A stretch of 64,000 bases of DNA. It comes from an uncultured Clostridia bacterium (GTDB lineage: Bacteria > Bacillota > Clostridia > Monoglobales > Monoglobaceae). Position numbers and translations under genes: made by a program. This document shows positions 46,985-56,025 of the stretch, in pieces (the first letter of the stretch is position 1; each line of letters begins with the position of its first letter). The notes beneath the pieces were generated by a model. It was not told the origin of the DNA, made no database searches, and saw nothing but the letters and a program-made list of their open reading frames with translations. The DNA lies in assembly GCA_937911665.1 (NCBI GenBank), contig CALDQB010000039.1:14601-78600 (forward strand), in the 5' to 3' direction.

Positions 46985-47776
46985 ATGTACGACAATCTTA
47001 AAACTTCAGTTAATATATCACCGCTTCGCATATCCCAATGGGTAGTGGATAAAATGACAAACGATGCGGATACACCGCTAAAACAGCTTTTATACGGCGA
47101 CGGACTGCTTCCCGAGCAGCTTGAGGCTTTATATAAAATAAAGCTTCTGGTTCTCCGCGGGAGGGCAGAGGTTCGCAACATTACAGAATTGTATGCCGAA
47201 ACCGATACATATTCTGCCCTTCGTTATTGTTGTTATGACGCCGACTCGCTTTTAACCTCGGTTGTAAAACAGGTGACATCGCTTTTCAGCGGTAAAAACC
47301 TCACAATTTCTCTCGAGTGCAGCGAAACGTGCAAAAACGTTATCTTTGATTTGCGAAGAACATCTCTTGTTTTATACAATCTTCTCTCAAATGCGATTAT
47401 ACATTCAGGGAAAAAAGAGAAGAAAATCTCGGTTGAAGCTTTTATGCGGGGCGACGATTTTGTCATATCGGTAACAGATAACGGCAAGGCTCTTCCCAAA
47501 TCTGCCCGCGATAATCTCTTTACCGCATTTGAGGCATCTCTTATGCAGATATCCGATGATACCCTTTCTCTAAAAGGGCTTGGACTCTCGGTATGCCGAA
47601 AAGCCGCAAGGGATATGGGCGGCGACACGGTTTATGTTCCGTCTTCAAAATATAACCGCTTTGAATTTTATATTCCGCAGAATAATAAACCGCACACCAT
47701 TTCCGAAACCTCGGTATGTATTCCCGACCCGAACGAAATCGAACTTTATCTGGCAGAAGCTCTGCTCAGTATATAA
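46985..47776 (+). CDS. Cytoplasmic GHKL (HATPase_c) histidine-kinase-like protein lacking a phospho-acceptor histidine
   Basis: N box LYNLLSNAIIHS, G1-like TDNGKALP, F box FTAF, G2 box GLGLSVC. No TM segment. No His anywhere in the first ~140 residues. Start at ATG 46985 (ORF track GTG 46976). Confidence 0.7.
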   Translation: MYDNLKTSVNISPLRISQWVVDKMTNDADTPLKQLLYGDGLLPEQLEALYKIKLLVLRGRAEVRNITELYAETDTYSALRYCCYDADSLLTSVVKQVTSLFSGKNLTISLECSETCKNVIFDLRRTSLVLYNLLSNAIIHSGKKEKKISVEAFMRGDDFVISVTDNGKALPKSARDNLFTAFEASLMQISDDTLSLKGLGLSVCRKAARDMGGDTVYVPSSKYNRFEFYIPQNNKPHTISETSVCIPDPNEIELYLAEALLSI

Positions 47777-47804
47777 GCCCCATATTGCACAACAAAAACA
47801 CAAA

Positions 47805-47831
47805 TGCCCCCGACATATTATGTCGGGGGCA
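47805..47831. terminator. Bidirectional terminator (kinase-like gene / hpf)
   Basis: TGCCCCCGACA-tatta-TGTCGGGGGCA. Confidence 0.8.
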
Positions 47832-47838
47832 AATCATT

Positions 47839-48369
47839 TTAATTTGTTTCTATCAGCGCATAATTTCCGTCTTTTCTTTTATAAACAAGATTTGTTTTCG
47901 CCGTATCGGGATCGGTAAAGACAAAGAAATCGTGACCCAGCATATTCATCTGGAGTATTGCCTCCTCGGGCATCATCGGTTTAACATCTATCTTCTTTAC
48001 CTTTATTATTTTAAAATCCTCTTTTTCATCGTCGACCATATCTTCAAAATCTGCACTATAATTCTCAAGAGCATCATCTCTTAAGCGCTTTGCAAGCTTT
48101 GTCTTATTTTTGCGGATTTGTCTGTCTATATTGGTAAGGCAGATATCCACCGCCGTGAGAAGATCGCGATTTCGAGCCTCCGAACGTATGAGATACCCTT
48201 TATACACAAAGGTAATCTCAACAACCATTTGCTCCTTTTGCTCGGAAACCTGAATTTTGCATTCATCGTCGCCGTCGAAAAACTTATCGAGTTTCTTAAG
48301 CTTTGCAACAATCTTTTCCTTGCTGGTCTCCGCCAATTCAACCTGTTTGCACAAAATTTTGTAAGTCAT
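47839..48369 (-). CDS. hpf: Ribosome hibernation promoting factor (long form)
   Basis: ~176 aa. Sigma-54-modulation/S30EA N-domain and C-terminal dimerisation domain (MMPEEAILQMNMLGHDFFVFTD). Start at ATG 48369 behind AGGAGG. Confidence 0.9.
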   Translation of the reverse strand: MTYKILCKQVELAETSKEKIVAKLKKLDKFFDGDDECKIQVSEQKEQMVVEITFVYKGYLIRSEARNRDLLTAVDICLTNIDRQIRKNKTKLAKRLRDDALENYSADFEDMVDDEKEDFKIIKVKKIDVKPMMPEEAILQMNMLGHDFFVFTDPDTAKTNLVYKRKDGNYALIETN

Positions 48370-48514
48370 AATCACGCCTCCTGTCGCTTATATTTCCCGC
48401 CGAAAGCTTTTTTATCTTCAGGCTTACATATATTATACAACAAAAGCACTAATCATTCAATACATTTTATCTTGTTTTTTGTATAAAATTTACGACAAAA
48501 TATTATGCAATTTG

Positions 48515-50698
48515 CTAAATATCAAATGACATCTGCTCTATCCCCGCATCCTCATCACGCATAGGCGCACCCGCCGCAGGGATATTTCTCGGTCTGTATA
48601 CTTTAAGGTCTGCAAATCGGCTGTCTTCCGCAAGCAACGCCTCGGTTATCTTTGCGCCGCGTCGGAGAGTCATTACGCTCACGCCCTGCGTCGACCTTGT
48701 TGTCTTAAGCGATATCTTCTCGGTGTTTGCGCAAATAGCCTTGTCGGCGCTGCTTATCAATATTATGTCCTTTTCTTCAAGAAGATGCATTATTGAAACG
48801 ACAGGGGAATTAAGCGAATACGCCCCCGTCAACCGCCTTCTGTTTGACCTTGTCGCATATGATGAAACGGGTATTTTTGCACATTTTCCGTTTTCAAAGG
48901 CAAAGAGTATATTTCCGCTGTAATCATTCGGCAATATCATTCCTATTATATCTGCTTTTTCTTCCATACTTATAAGGTTGGGAATAAACTCACCGAGCTG
49001 ACTCGCCTTTCCGTCAGGAATATCGCACGCTCTCATCTTATACGCACTTCCGCCGCCGAAGAAAATAACTTCCGCACGGTTTGATGTTTCAATCTCCTGA
49101 ACTATTTCGTCGCCGTCTTTGAGCTTTTGCTCACCACTCATCCTGAGTGCCGCAACTGAAATTTTCTTTATATATCCCTCTTTTGTTCTAAAGAGTTTGA
49201 TTGCATAATCGGGGATTTCTTCCTCTACAACCATTTCCTCAACATCATCCTTGGATATGAGCATAGTTTTTCTTTCCTGCCCGAACTTTTTGCTCACTTC
49301 CTTGAGTTGTTTTTCTATTATTTTGTTTATTCTTGCACGGCTGCCGAGAGTTACATTCAGTTCTTCAAGCTCTTCTTTCAGGCTTTGTATCTCTGCGGTA
49401 CGCTTTAAAATGTATTCCTTATTAAGATTTCGAAGCTTTATTTCAGCGACAAACTCTGCCTGCGCCTCTGAAATGCCGAAGCCATCCATCAAATTGGGCA
49501 CAACCTGAGCGTCTTCTTCTGTTTCTCTTACAATCTTTATTGCCTTGTCAATATCGAGAAGAATTTTCTCAAGTCCTTCTAAAAGATGGAGTTTATCACT
49601 CTTCTTCTCTATGTCATATTCGATGCTTCTTGTAACGCAACGTCTGCGGAAGCGGAGCCACTCACAAAGAATATCATTGACACCGAGAACCATAGGCGAG
49701 CCCTCAACAAGAATATTGAAGTTACAGCCAAAGCTGTCCTCCAGCTGAGTTGCCTTAAAGAGCTTTGCCATAAGCTTATCGGGCTTAGTGCCTCTTTTTA
49801 AATCAATTGTTATTTTAAGACCGCCAAGGTCAGTTTCGTCACGGATATCGGAAATTTCCTTGATTTTGCCCGCTTTTACAAGGTCAACTATCTTTTCGAT
49901 TATGATTTCAACCGATGCAGTATACGGAATTTCCTTTATCTCGATGCAGTTATTTTTCTTATCATATTCATATTTAGCGCGAACCCTTATACTTCCTCTG
50001 CCCGTCTTATATATCTCCCTCATTTCGTCGGGCTTATATATAAGCTCACCGCCGCCCGGGAAGTCGGGCGCGGGCATAACATCAAGCAAGTCTGCCTCGG
50101 GGTCCTTCATTACAAGTATTGTCGCCTCGCAAAGCTCCTTTAAATTAAAGCTGCAAATATTCGACGCCATTCCGACAGCTATACCCTGATTTGGATTTGC
50201 CAATATATTAGGAAAGGTGGTTGGAAGCAAAACAGGTTCTTTTAAGCTTCCGTCATAGTTGTCCACAAAGTCAATTGTGTTCTTGTCCATATCACGAAAG
50301 ACCTCTGCGCACACCTTCGAGAGACGAACCTCGGTATATCGCGATGCGGCAAACGCCATATCTCTTGAATATTGTCTACCGAAGTTACCCTTTGAGTCCA
50401 CAAGCGGAACAAGGAGCGCCCCATTACCCTCGGTAAGTCTGACCATCGTTTCATATATCGCCTGGTCGCCGTGAGGATTGAGCTTCATCGTCTGACCTAC
50501 CACGTTTGCGGATTTTGTGCGGTTGCCGTTTAAAAGCCCCATTTTATACATAGTATAAAGAAGCTTTCTGTGCGACGGCTTAAATCCGTCAATCTCGGGG
50601 ATTGCACGTGAGATTATAACGCTCATCGCATAAGGCATATAGTTCTTTTCGAGCGTTTCGGTTATAATCTGTTTTTCTATGATTGGTTCTTTCGCCAT
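48515..50698 (-). CDS. parC: Type IIA topoisomerase subunit A, ParC-like (divergent from canonical GyrA)
   Basis: 727 aa. RAIPEIDGFKPSHRKLLYTM, HPHGDQAIYETMVRL, catalytic Tyr region AASRYTEVRL. Shorter than GyrA, and I see no QRRGGKG GyrA box. Confidence 0.75.
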   Translation of the reverse strand: MAKEPIIEKQIITETLEKNYMPYAMSVIISRAIPEIDGFKPSHRKLLYTMYKMGLLNGNRTKSANVVGQTMKLNPHGDQAIYETMVRLTEGNGALLVPLVDSKGNFGRQYSRDMAFAASRYTEVRLSKVCAEVFRDMDKNTIDFVDNYDGSLKEPVLLPTTFPNILANPNQGIAVGMASNICSFNLKELCEATILVMKDPEADLLDVMPAPDFPGGGELIYKPDEMREIYKTGRGSIRVRAKYEYDKKNNCIEIKEIPYTASVEIIIEKIVDLVKAGKIKEISDIRDETDLGGLKITIDLKRGTKPDKLMAKLFKATQLEDSFGCNFNILVEGSPMVLGVNDILCEWLRFRRRCVTRSIEYDIEKKSDKLHLLEGLEKILLDIDKAIKIVRETEEDAQVVPNLMDGFGISEAQAEFVAEIKLRNLNKEYILKRTAEIQSLKEELEELNVTLGSRARINKIIEKQLKEVSKKFGQERKTMLISKDDVEEMVVEEEIPDYAIKLFRTKEGYIKKISVAALRMSGEQKLKDGDEIVQEIETSNRAEVIFFGGGSAYKMRACDIPDGKASQLGEFIPNLISMEEKADIIGMILPNDYSGNILFAFENGKCAKIPVSSYATRSNRRRLTGAYSLNSPVVSIMHLLEEKDIILISSADKAICANTEKISLKTTRSTQGVSVMTLRRGAKITEALLAEDSRFADLKVYRPRNIPAAGAPMRDEDAGIEQMSFDI

Positions 50699-50722
50699 TT
50701 GCTTTCTCCGTTTCTTTCTTTT

Positions 50723-52696
50723 TTACGATACGTCTGTCATATCGATAAAGTTATGTCCGTAGCACGCAATGTGCTCCTTTCTGCCCGCCAGATTATCGCC
50801 GAGCAAAAGGTCAAACATCTCCTGAGTCTTCTCTGCATCCCCGGGCGTAACCTTTATAAGTCTGCGTGTTTCGGGGTTCATTGTGGTCTCCCACATCATT
50901 TCGGGTTGGTTCTCACCAAGACCCTTGCTTCTCTGAATGGTATATTTCTTGCCCTCGAGCTGCTCTAAAATCTTCGCTTTTTCACTTTCATCAAAGGCAA
51001 AATAACTCTTATCCTTATACGAAATCTCGTAAAGAGGCGATTCCGCAATATATACATACCCCTTCTCGATAAGACTCGGCGTGAGTCGGTAAATCATCGT
51101 AAGCACAAGAGTTCTTATCTGGTATCCGTCAACATCGGCATCTGTACAAATTATAATTTTGTTCCAGCGCAGATTGTTTATATCAAAGGAATTGAGGTCC
51201 TTGTTATGCTTGGACGTAATCTCGACTCCGCATCCCAGCACCTTCATAAGATCGACTATTACATCGCTTTTGAAAATTTTATCGTATTCTGCCTTGAGAC
51301 AGTTGAGAATCTTACCTCTAATCGGCATAATTGCCTGAAACTCACTGTCACGGCCAAGCTTACACGCACCAAGAGCAGAGTCACCCTCTACTATATATAC
51401 CTCTCGGCGTTCTGTGTCACGGCTTCGGCAATCGACAAATTTCTTAACTCTGTTTGTTATATCAAGGCTTCCGCCCAGCTTTTTCTTTACATTTATTCTC
51501 GTTTTCTCGGCAGATTCGCGGCTGCGCTTGTTTACAAGCACCTGCATACAGAGCTTTTCTGCGTCCATTTTATTTTCGATAAAATAAATTGAAAGCTGTT
51601 CACGCAGGAACTCAGTCATTGCGTCCTGAATAAACTTATTCGTTATCGCCTTTTTGGTTTGATTCTCATAGCTTGTCATAGTAGATAACGAGTTACTTAC
51701 AAGCAAAAGACTGTCCGCAACGTCGGCAAACTGAACCTTGCTCTCGTTCTTGGTATACTTTCCGTTCTGCTTAAGATACTGGTCTATCGCATAAACAAAG
51801 GCATTGCGCACCGCCTTGTCGGGCGAACCGCCGTGCTCTAAAAAGCTTGAGTTATGGTAATACTCAAGAGTGTGGTTTTCGTTGTTAAAGCAAAATGCAA
51901 AATGCATCTTCACTTTATATTCGTCAAGGTCTTCTCTGTCACGGCCCTTGCGCTCGGTTTCTATATAATGAATTCCCGTAAGCTCCTTGCCGCCCGACAA
52001 TTCCTTTACATAATCCACTATTCCGTTTTCATAAAAGTACTCTGTTTCTTCAAACTTACCGCTTTCAATTTCGTTCCTGAATACAAACTTTATTCCCGAG
52101 TTCACCACTGCCTGACGCTTGAGGGTATTGTGGTAATTTTCCGCAGGAATATTTATCTCGGTGAAAACCTTAAGGTCAGGCTTCCAGCGGATTTTAGTTC
52201 CCGTATGTCTGTGACGGAATTCGGTTTTTTCGAGTCCGCCTACGTTTTCGCCTTTCTCAAAATGAAGGTTAAACTTGTAACCGTCACGCAAAACCTCGAC
52301 ATCCATATATTCGGAGCTATACTGTGTTGCGCAGGCACCAAGACCATTGAGTCCAAGGGAGTATTCGTAGTTTCCGCCCGAATTATTTGCATATTTTCCG
52401 CCAGCATAAAGCTCACAAAAGACGAGTTCCCAGTTGTATCTCTTCTCCCTCTCGTTATACTCTACGGGGATTCCTCTTCCAAAGTCCTCAACCTCAATAG
52501 AGTGGTCGGCGAACCTTGTAACCTTTATGGTGTTGCCGTACCCCTCTCTTGCTTCGTCAATAGAGTTTGAGAGGATTTCAAACATAGAATGTTCGCATCC
52601 CTCTGCTCCGTCAGAACCGAAAATAACCGCGGGGCGTTTCCGCACGCGGTCAGCCCCTTTTAACTGCGATATGCTTGAATTATCGTACTTTTTCAC
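50723..52696 (-). CDS. parE: Type IIA topoisomerase subunit B, ParE-like
   Basis: 657 aa. GHKL N-terminus (EILSNSIDEA, DFGRGIPV, GLNGLGA), Toprim EVYIVEGDSA, PIRGKILN, DADVDG. GTG start behind GGAGGT. Confidence 0.8.
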   Translation of the reverse strand: MKKYDNSSISQLKGADRVRKRPAVIFGSDGAEGCEHSMFEILSNSIDEAREGYGNTIKVTRFADHSIEVEDFGRGIPVEYNEREKRYNWELVFCELYAGGKYANNSGGNYEYSLGLNGLGACATQYSSEYMDVEVLRDGYKFNLHFEKGENVGGLEKTEFRHRHTGTKIRWKPDLKVFTEINIPAENYHNTLKRQAVVNSGIKFVFRNEIESGKFEETEYFYENGIVDYVKELSGGKELTGIHYIETERKGRDREDLDEYKVKMHFAFCFNNENHTLEYYHNSSFLEHGGSPDKAVRNAFVYAIDQYLKQNGKYTKNESKVQFADVADSLLLVSNSLSTMTSYENQTKKAITNKFIQDAMTEFLREQLSIYFIENKMDAEKLCMQVLVNKRSRESAEKTRINVKKKLGGSLDITNRVKKFVDCRSRDTERREVYIVEGDSALGACKLGRDSEFQAIMPIRGKILNCLKAEYDKIFKSDVIVDLMKVLGCGVEITSKHNKDLNSFDINNLRWNKIIICTDADVDGYQIRTLVLTMIYRLTPSLIEKGYVYIAESPLYEISYKDKSYFAFDESEKAKILEQLEGKKYTIQRSKGLGENQPEMMWETTMNPETRRLIKVTPGDAEKTQEMFDLLLGDNLAGRKEHIACYGHNFIDMTDVS

Positions 52697-52711
52697 CTTT
52701 TACCTCCGTAA

Positions 52712-54964
52712 CTATTCTACCAATTCTCCGCCGCCGACAACTCCGTTTTCTGTCACCTCTGTACTGTCCGTAGTTGTTCCCTCAGGCGAGTCTGTCTCTG
52801 CTCCCGATTCTGTTTCTTCGCCTTCACCCTCTGTTTCTGTTCCCTCTTCTTCGCCCTCTTCCTCTTCTTCCTCTTCAGGTGTCAAAGTAAGGAAACCCTT
52901 GTGACTTGACTTGCAATAAGCAGGAAGGTCATCACTGTCAAAATAACTCAATGTTGTGTGGGGGCAATTACCTGTCGCTCTCATCGCAGAATGTGTGCAG
53001 CAGCTAACCGCTATAAGTCCGTCATTGTCTATATATCTGCTCCTGTCAGACAGGGCACTGTGCGCCGAATTCATTATACTGCGAAAAGCGGGGATACACG
53101 GATTGCCCGATACGTAAATTTCTTTCGGTGTATCATATCCGTACCAGATTGCCGCCGAATAATATGGGGTGTATCCCACAAACCAACGGTCCTTGTTATC
53201 AGACGTGGTTCCCGTCTTGCCCGCGGTATATTTGGGTCCCGAAACTGTCGCTCCCGCTCCTGTTCCGCCCGATACTACCTCTCTTAGCATACCCGTCATT
53301 GTATATGCCGTTGACTTCTTCATAGCAATTCTGCCCGAACGGTCGGGGCTGAGTATTACGTTGCCTTCTTTGTCACGCACCTCTGTATAGGTATGGGGCT
53401 TATAATATATACCGCCATTTGCGAAAGGTGCATATGCCGCCGCCATTTCATATGTTGTGACGCCGTCTGTCAATCCGCCAAGTGCCAACTGCGAAAGTCC
53501 TATATCGCTATAAATTTCCCCGTCTACTTCTCTTCTTTCAACAAGCGTGGTAATACCCAGCTTATCAACGAGAAAATCATAGCTCACCTGTGCTCCCATC
53601 CTGTCGATTATCTCAACAGGGACGGTGTTGAGCGAACTTCTTACTGCGCTTGCAACATCTACGTTACCTCTGTATGAATGATCGTAGTTTCTCGGCGTCC
53701 ATCCGCCGTAAGACTTGCTCTCATCTGCAAATATGGAGCCTGGTGTTATCTTATTATTTTCAACCGCGGGGGCGTATGCCGCAATCGGCTTGATTGACGA
53801 ACCCGGCTGTCTGGGGCTTTGTGAAGCACGGTTGAGTGTAAGGCTTGCGGTTTTCTCACCTATTCCGCCCGCTATACCTACAACACCGCCTGTTCTTACA
53901 TCTACTACTGTAATTGCAGACTGCACCCCGCTGTTCGGGAAGTTTTTCTCATTTTCATAATAGTCCTCTACCGCCTTTTGCACGTGCGGATTGTAGGTGG
54001 AATATATTTTTGCACCGCTTGAATAAACAATCTTGTGTGCCAGAGTTTCTGAATATCCCATCTCTTTAAGGTCCTCTAAAACCTCGCAGATAACCTGATC
54101 TACAAAATATGAATTCGTATTCGTTTCACTCTCGCCCGCCGCCGCTTCAACAACCGAAAGCTCTTCTTCTACCGCCTCGGCATACTCCTCCTGAGAAATA
54201 TACCCAAGTTCCAGCATCTTGCCGAGAACAAGCTCCTGCCTTTTCTTATTGTCTTTGGGATTATCAATCGGGTCATATGCCGCAGGATTTTGAGTGATGC
54301 CCGCTATACATGCACACTCTGCAAGTGTAAGCTCGCTCACATCCTTGTCAAAATATTTCTTCGAAGCGGTCTGAACGCCGTTGCAACCCCTCGATAAATA
54401 TATACAGTTGAGATAAAGCTCTAAAATCTCTTCTTTTTCGAGCTGTCTCTCAAGCGCCGACGCTCTCGAAATCTCACGAATCTTTCTCATCGGGGTTCGG
54501 TCATTGTCCCCCGTAATATTTTTGATAAGCTGCTGTGTTATTGTGCTTCCGCCAAGGCTTGCACCGCTCTTGCCGAGAAGCTTGTTGCCGATATAAGTAA
54601 ATGTAGCCTTGGTTGTACGCAAAATGTCATAGCCTCTGTGTTCCATAAATCTCTCGTCCTCTATGGCTATAAAGGCATTCTGCAAATCTTCGGGTATGTT
54701 TTCGATGTTAACCCAGTCACGATTTTCAGCAGCGTTTATGCGTTTTAAAACCTTTTCCTCACCTGTGTCAGGGTCGAGATATACAATCAAGGTGTTCTGG
54801 TTAAGCGTGAGTGCTTCAATATCAAGCCCGTCTATGCCGCCCCAAAAACCCAGAACCGCACCGCCAAATGCAACCCCCAACACCATCGTTATTACAAGAA
54901 GGGATATTATAAAAATTTTCAAAAACTTTTTGGTATTCGGTTTCAAAGGCTTCAATAGCTTCAT
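52712..54964 (-). CDS. Class A penicillin-binding protein (PBP1A: glycosyltransferase + transpeptidase) with Cys/His cluster and acidic tail
   Basis: GT51 motifs EDERFMEHRGYD and GGSTITQQL. TP motifs SSIKP (SxxK), SLN, KTGTT. N-terminal TM. C-terminal 56 aa are E/T/G-rich. Start at ATG 54964. Confidence 0.9.
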   Translation of the reverse strand: MKLLKPLKPNTKKFLKIFIISLLVITMVLGVAFGGAVLGFWGGIDGLDIEALTLNQNTLIVYLDPDTGEEKVLKRINAAENRDWVNIENIPEDLQNAFIAIEDERFMEHRGYDILRTTKATFTYIGNKLLGKSGASLGGSTITQQLIKNITGDNDRTPMRKIREISRASALERQLEKEEILELYLNCIYLSRGCNGVQTASKKYFDKDVSELTLAECACIAGITQNPAAYDPIDNPKDNKKRQELVLGKMLELGYISQEEYAEAVEEELSVVEAAAGESETNTNSYFVDQVICEVLEDLKEMGYSETLAHKIVYSSGAKIYSTYNPHVQKAVEDYYENEKNFPNSGVQSAITVVDVRTGGVVGIAGGIGEKTASLTLNRASQSPRQPGSSIKPIAAYAPAVENNKITPGSIFADESKSYGGWTPRNYDHSYRGNVDVASAVRSSLNTVPVEIIDRMGAQVSYDFLVDKLGITTLVERREVDGEIYSDIGLSQLALGGLTDGVTTYEMAAAYAPFANGGIYYKPHTYTEVRDKEGNVILSPDRSGRIAMKKSTAYTMTGMLREVVSGGTGAGATVSGPKYTAGKTGTTSDNKDRWFVGYTPYYSAAIWYGYDTPKEIYVSGNPCIPAFRSIMNSAHSALSDRSRYIDNDGLIAVSCCTHSAMRATGNCPHTTLSYFDSDDLPAYCKSSHKGFLTLTPEEEEEEEGEEEGTETEGEGEETESGAETDSPEGTTTDSTEVTENGVVGGGELVE

Positions 54965-55141
54965 ATGTCCCAAACTCCTTCTGTGTCTGCCTGCTCACAA
55001 CAGACAGTCGCCACACTATTTCATCTTAAAAATATATATCTAACTTATATTATAAACTAAAGTTTTGTGTATGAAAAGACAAATATCTGTTAATAATACA
55101 TTAAATTAGTGTTACAAAACGGTTTTATATACTATATATTG

Positions 55142-55156
55142 TGTCGAATTGTCGCA
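55142..55156 (+). promoter_or_regulatory. Tandem Spo0A-box-like sites
   Basis: TGTCGAA (55142-55148) and TGTCGCA (55150-55156), one base apart, just downstream of TATACT/TATATT -10-like hexamers and 27 nt upstream of the GTG at 55183. Confidence 0.35.
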
Positions 55157-55182
55157 TTTTAATAAAGAAAGGACGAAAAAAC

Positions 55183-55566
55183 GTGACAAAAAGATATCTG
55201 AAAATTGCATTTATCGGCATTTGCGTTCTTGCTCTGTTTGCCGCGCTCGCATTCCTTGTATATTCGGACATGGGCAACAAACCTCGTAAAAGCGAAGCCG
55301 TATTCTCTCACATAGAGCATCCTGCTCTCGCAGAGTTCACGTTCGGCGCCCACCCCGCTCTGCCCGCTGCGGAATTTTATCTTGCCCGTTTTGACGGAGA
55401 ATCGCTCGGCATTTATTCCTGCAAGGACGGCGAAGAACATTTTCTGTACACCCTCGATGTCAGGATAGAGGATATTTCCGAAACGGAGCTTACTTCGCTC
55501 TCGCAAGGTATCGTTCTCTCAGACAAGCAGGCTCTTGCCATATTTGAAGAAGACTTTACAAGCTGA
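55183..55566 (+). CDS. Membrane-anchored protein with BofC-C-terminal-like domain (tentative)
   Basis: ~127 aa from GTG 55183 (RBS AAAGGACG). One N-terminal TM IAFIGICVLALFAALAFLVY. C-terminal YLARFDGESLGIYSCKDGEEHFLYTLDVRIEDISETELTSLSQGIVLSDKQALAIFEEDF resembles the BofC C-domain pattern. Confidence 0.5.
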   Translation: MTKRYLKIAFIGICVLALFAALAFLVYSDMGNKPRKSEAVFSHIEHPALAEFTFGAHPALPAAEFYLARFDGESLGIYSCKDGEEHFLYTLDVRIEDISETELTSLSQGIVLSDKQALAIFEEDFTS

Positions 55567-55623
55567 TGAATTCACATAATTTTTGTAAATATAAAAATTT
55601 TTGATTTTCTACTTTTACAAACT

Positions 55624-55652
55624 GAATGCGAAGTGCTATGCACTTCGCATTC
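55624..55652. terminator. 13-bp-stem hairpin between convergent genes
   Basis: GAATGCGAAGTGC-tat-GCACTTCGCATTC. Confidence 0.6.
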
Positions 55653-55655
55653 TGT

Positions 55656-55790
55656 TTACCACCAGCAAGACATATCATTTTTCATTGTTCTCATCATCTT
55701 TTTTGCCTTTTTCACAGTGCGCTTATCTATCATAGAAACCGCCATTCCTATGATTGCGCCCGCGAACAGACCTGTTGAAAATTTTGCCAT
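55656..55790 (-). CDS. Small (44 aa) YtxH-like membrane protein, below the ORF-track size cutoff
   Basis: Manual translation MAKFSTGLFAGAIIGMAVSMIDKRTVKKAKKMMRTMKNDMSCWW. Strong RBS GGAGGG 6 nt before the ATG (55788-55790). Hairpin downstream. The overlapping + strand 79-aa ORF has no RBS. Confidence 0.6.
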   Translation of the reverse strand: MAKFSTGLFAGAIIGMAVSMIDKRTVKKAKKMMRTMKNDMSCWW

Positions 55791-55903
55791 TTTAATCCCT
55801 CCGTTTTACTATGTTTTTGTTTCAAAACATAGTATTTGTAAAACCGTTATAAAAATTCGGCAATTTTCATAACAATTATTTACATAATTAGAATAAAAAA
55901 ATC

Positions 55904-55932
55904 TTGACTGGGTGCCATTTTTGTTGTATTAT
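55904..55932 (+). promoter_or_regulatory. Candidate promoter of the DUF1015-hom-thrB-lysC operon
   Basis: TTGACT (55904-55909), 17 nt, TATTAT (55927-55932). Confidence 0.4.
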
Positions 55933-56025
55933 TTTATATTATAGTTAATTTCCCGTACTATACAATTTTGGCAAATTAACAGCTTTTGTAAATTCGTTTA
56001 TTTTATTATTGAAAGGATGATTAAT

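Noticed and set aside
48515-52696. Calling these genes gyrB/gyrA because dnaA is nearby
   Set aside because: Subunit A is short (727 aa) with no visible GyrA box and a divergent N-terminal region. The genes are on the opposite strand 12 kb from dnaA. A ParE/ParC-like (or second type IIA) assignment fits better, but confirming it needs phylogeny.
55633-55872. 79-aa + strand ORF from the ORF track
   Set aside because: It has no RBS and a hydrophobic, junk-like sequence. It overlaps a much better supported minus-strand 44-codon gene that has a GGAGGG RBS and a terminator.
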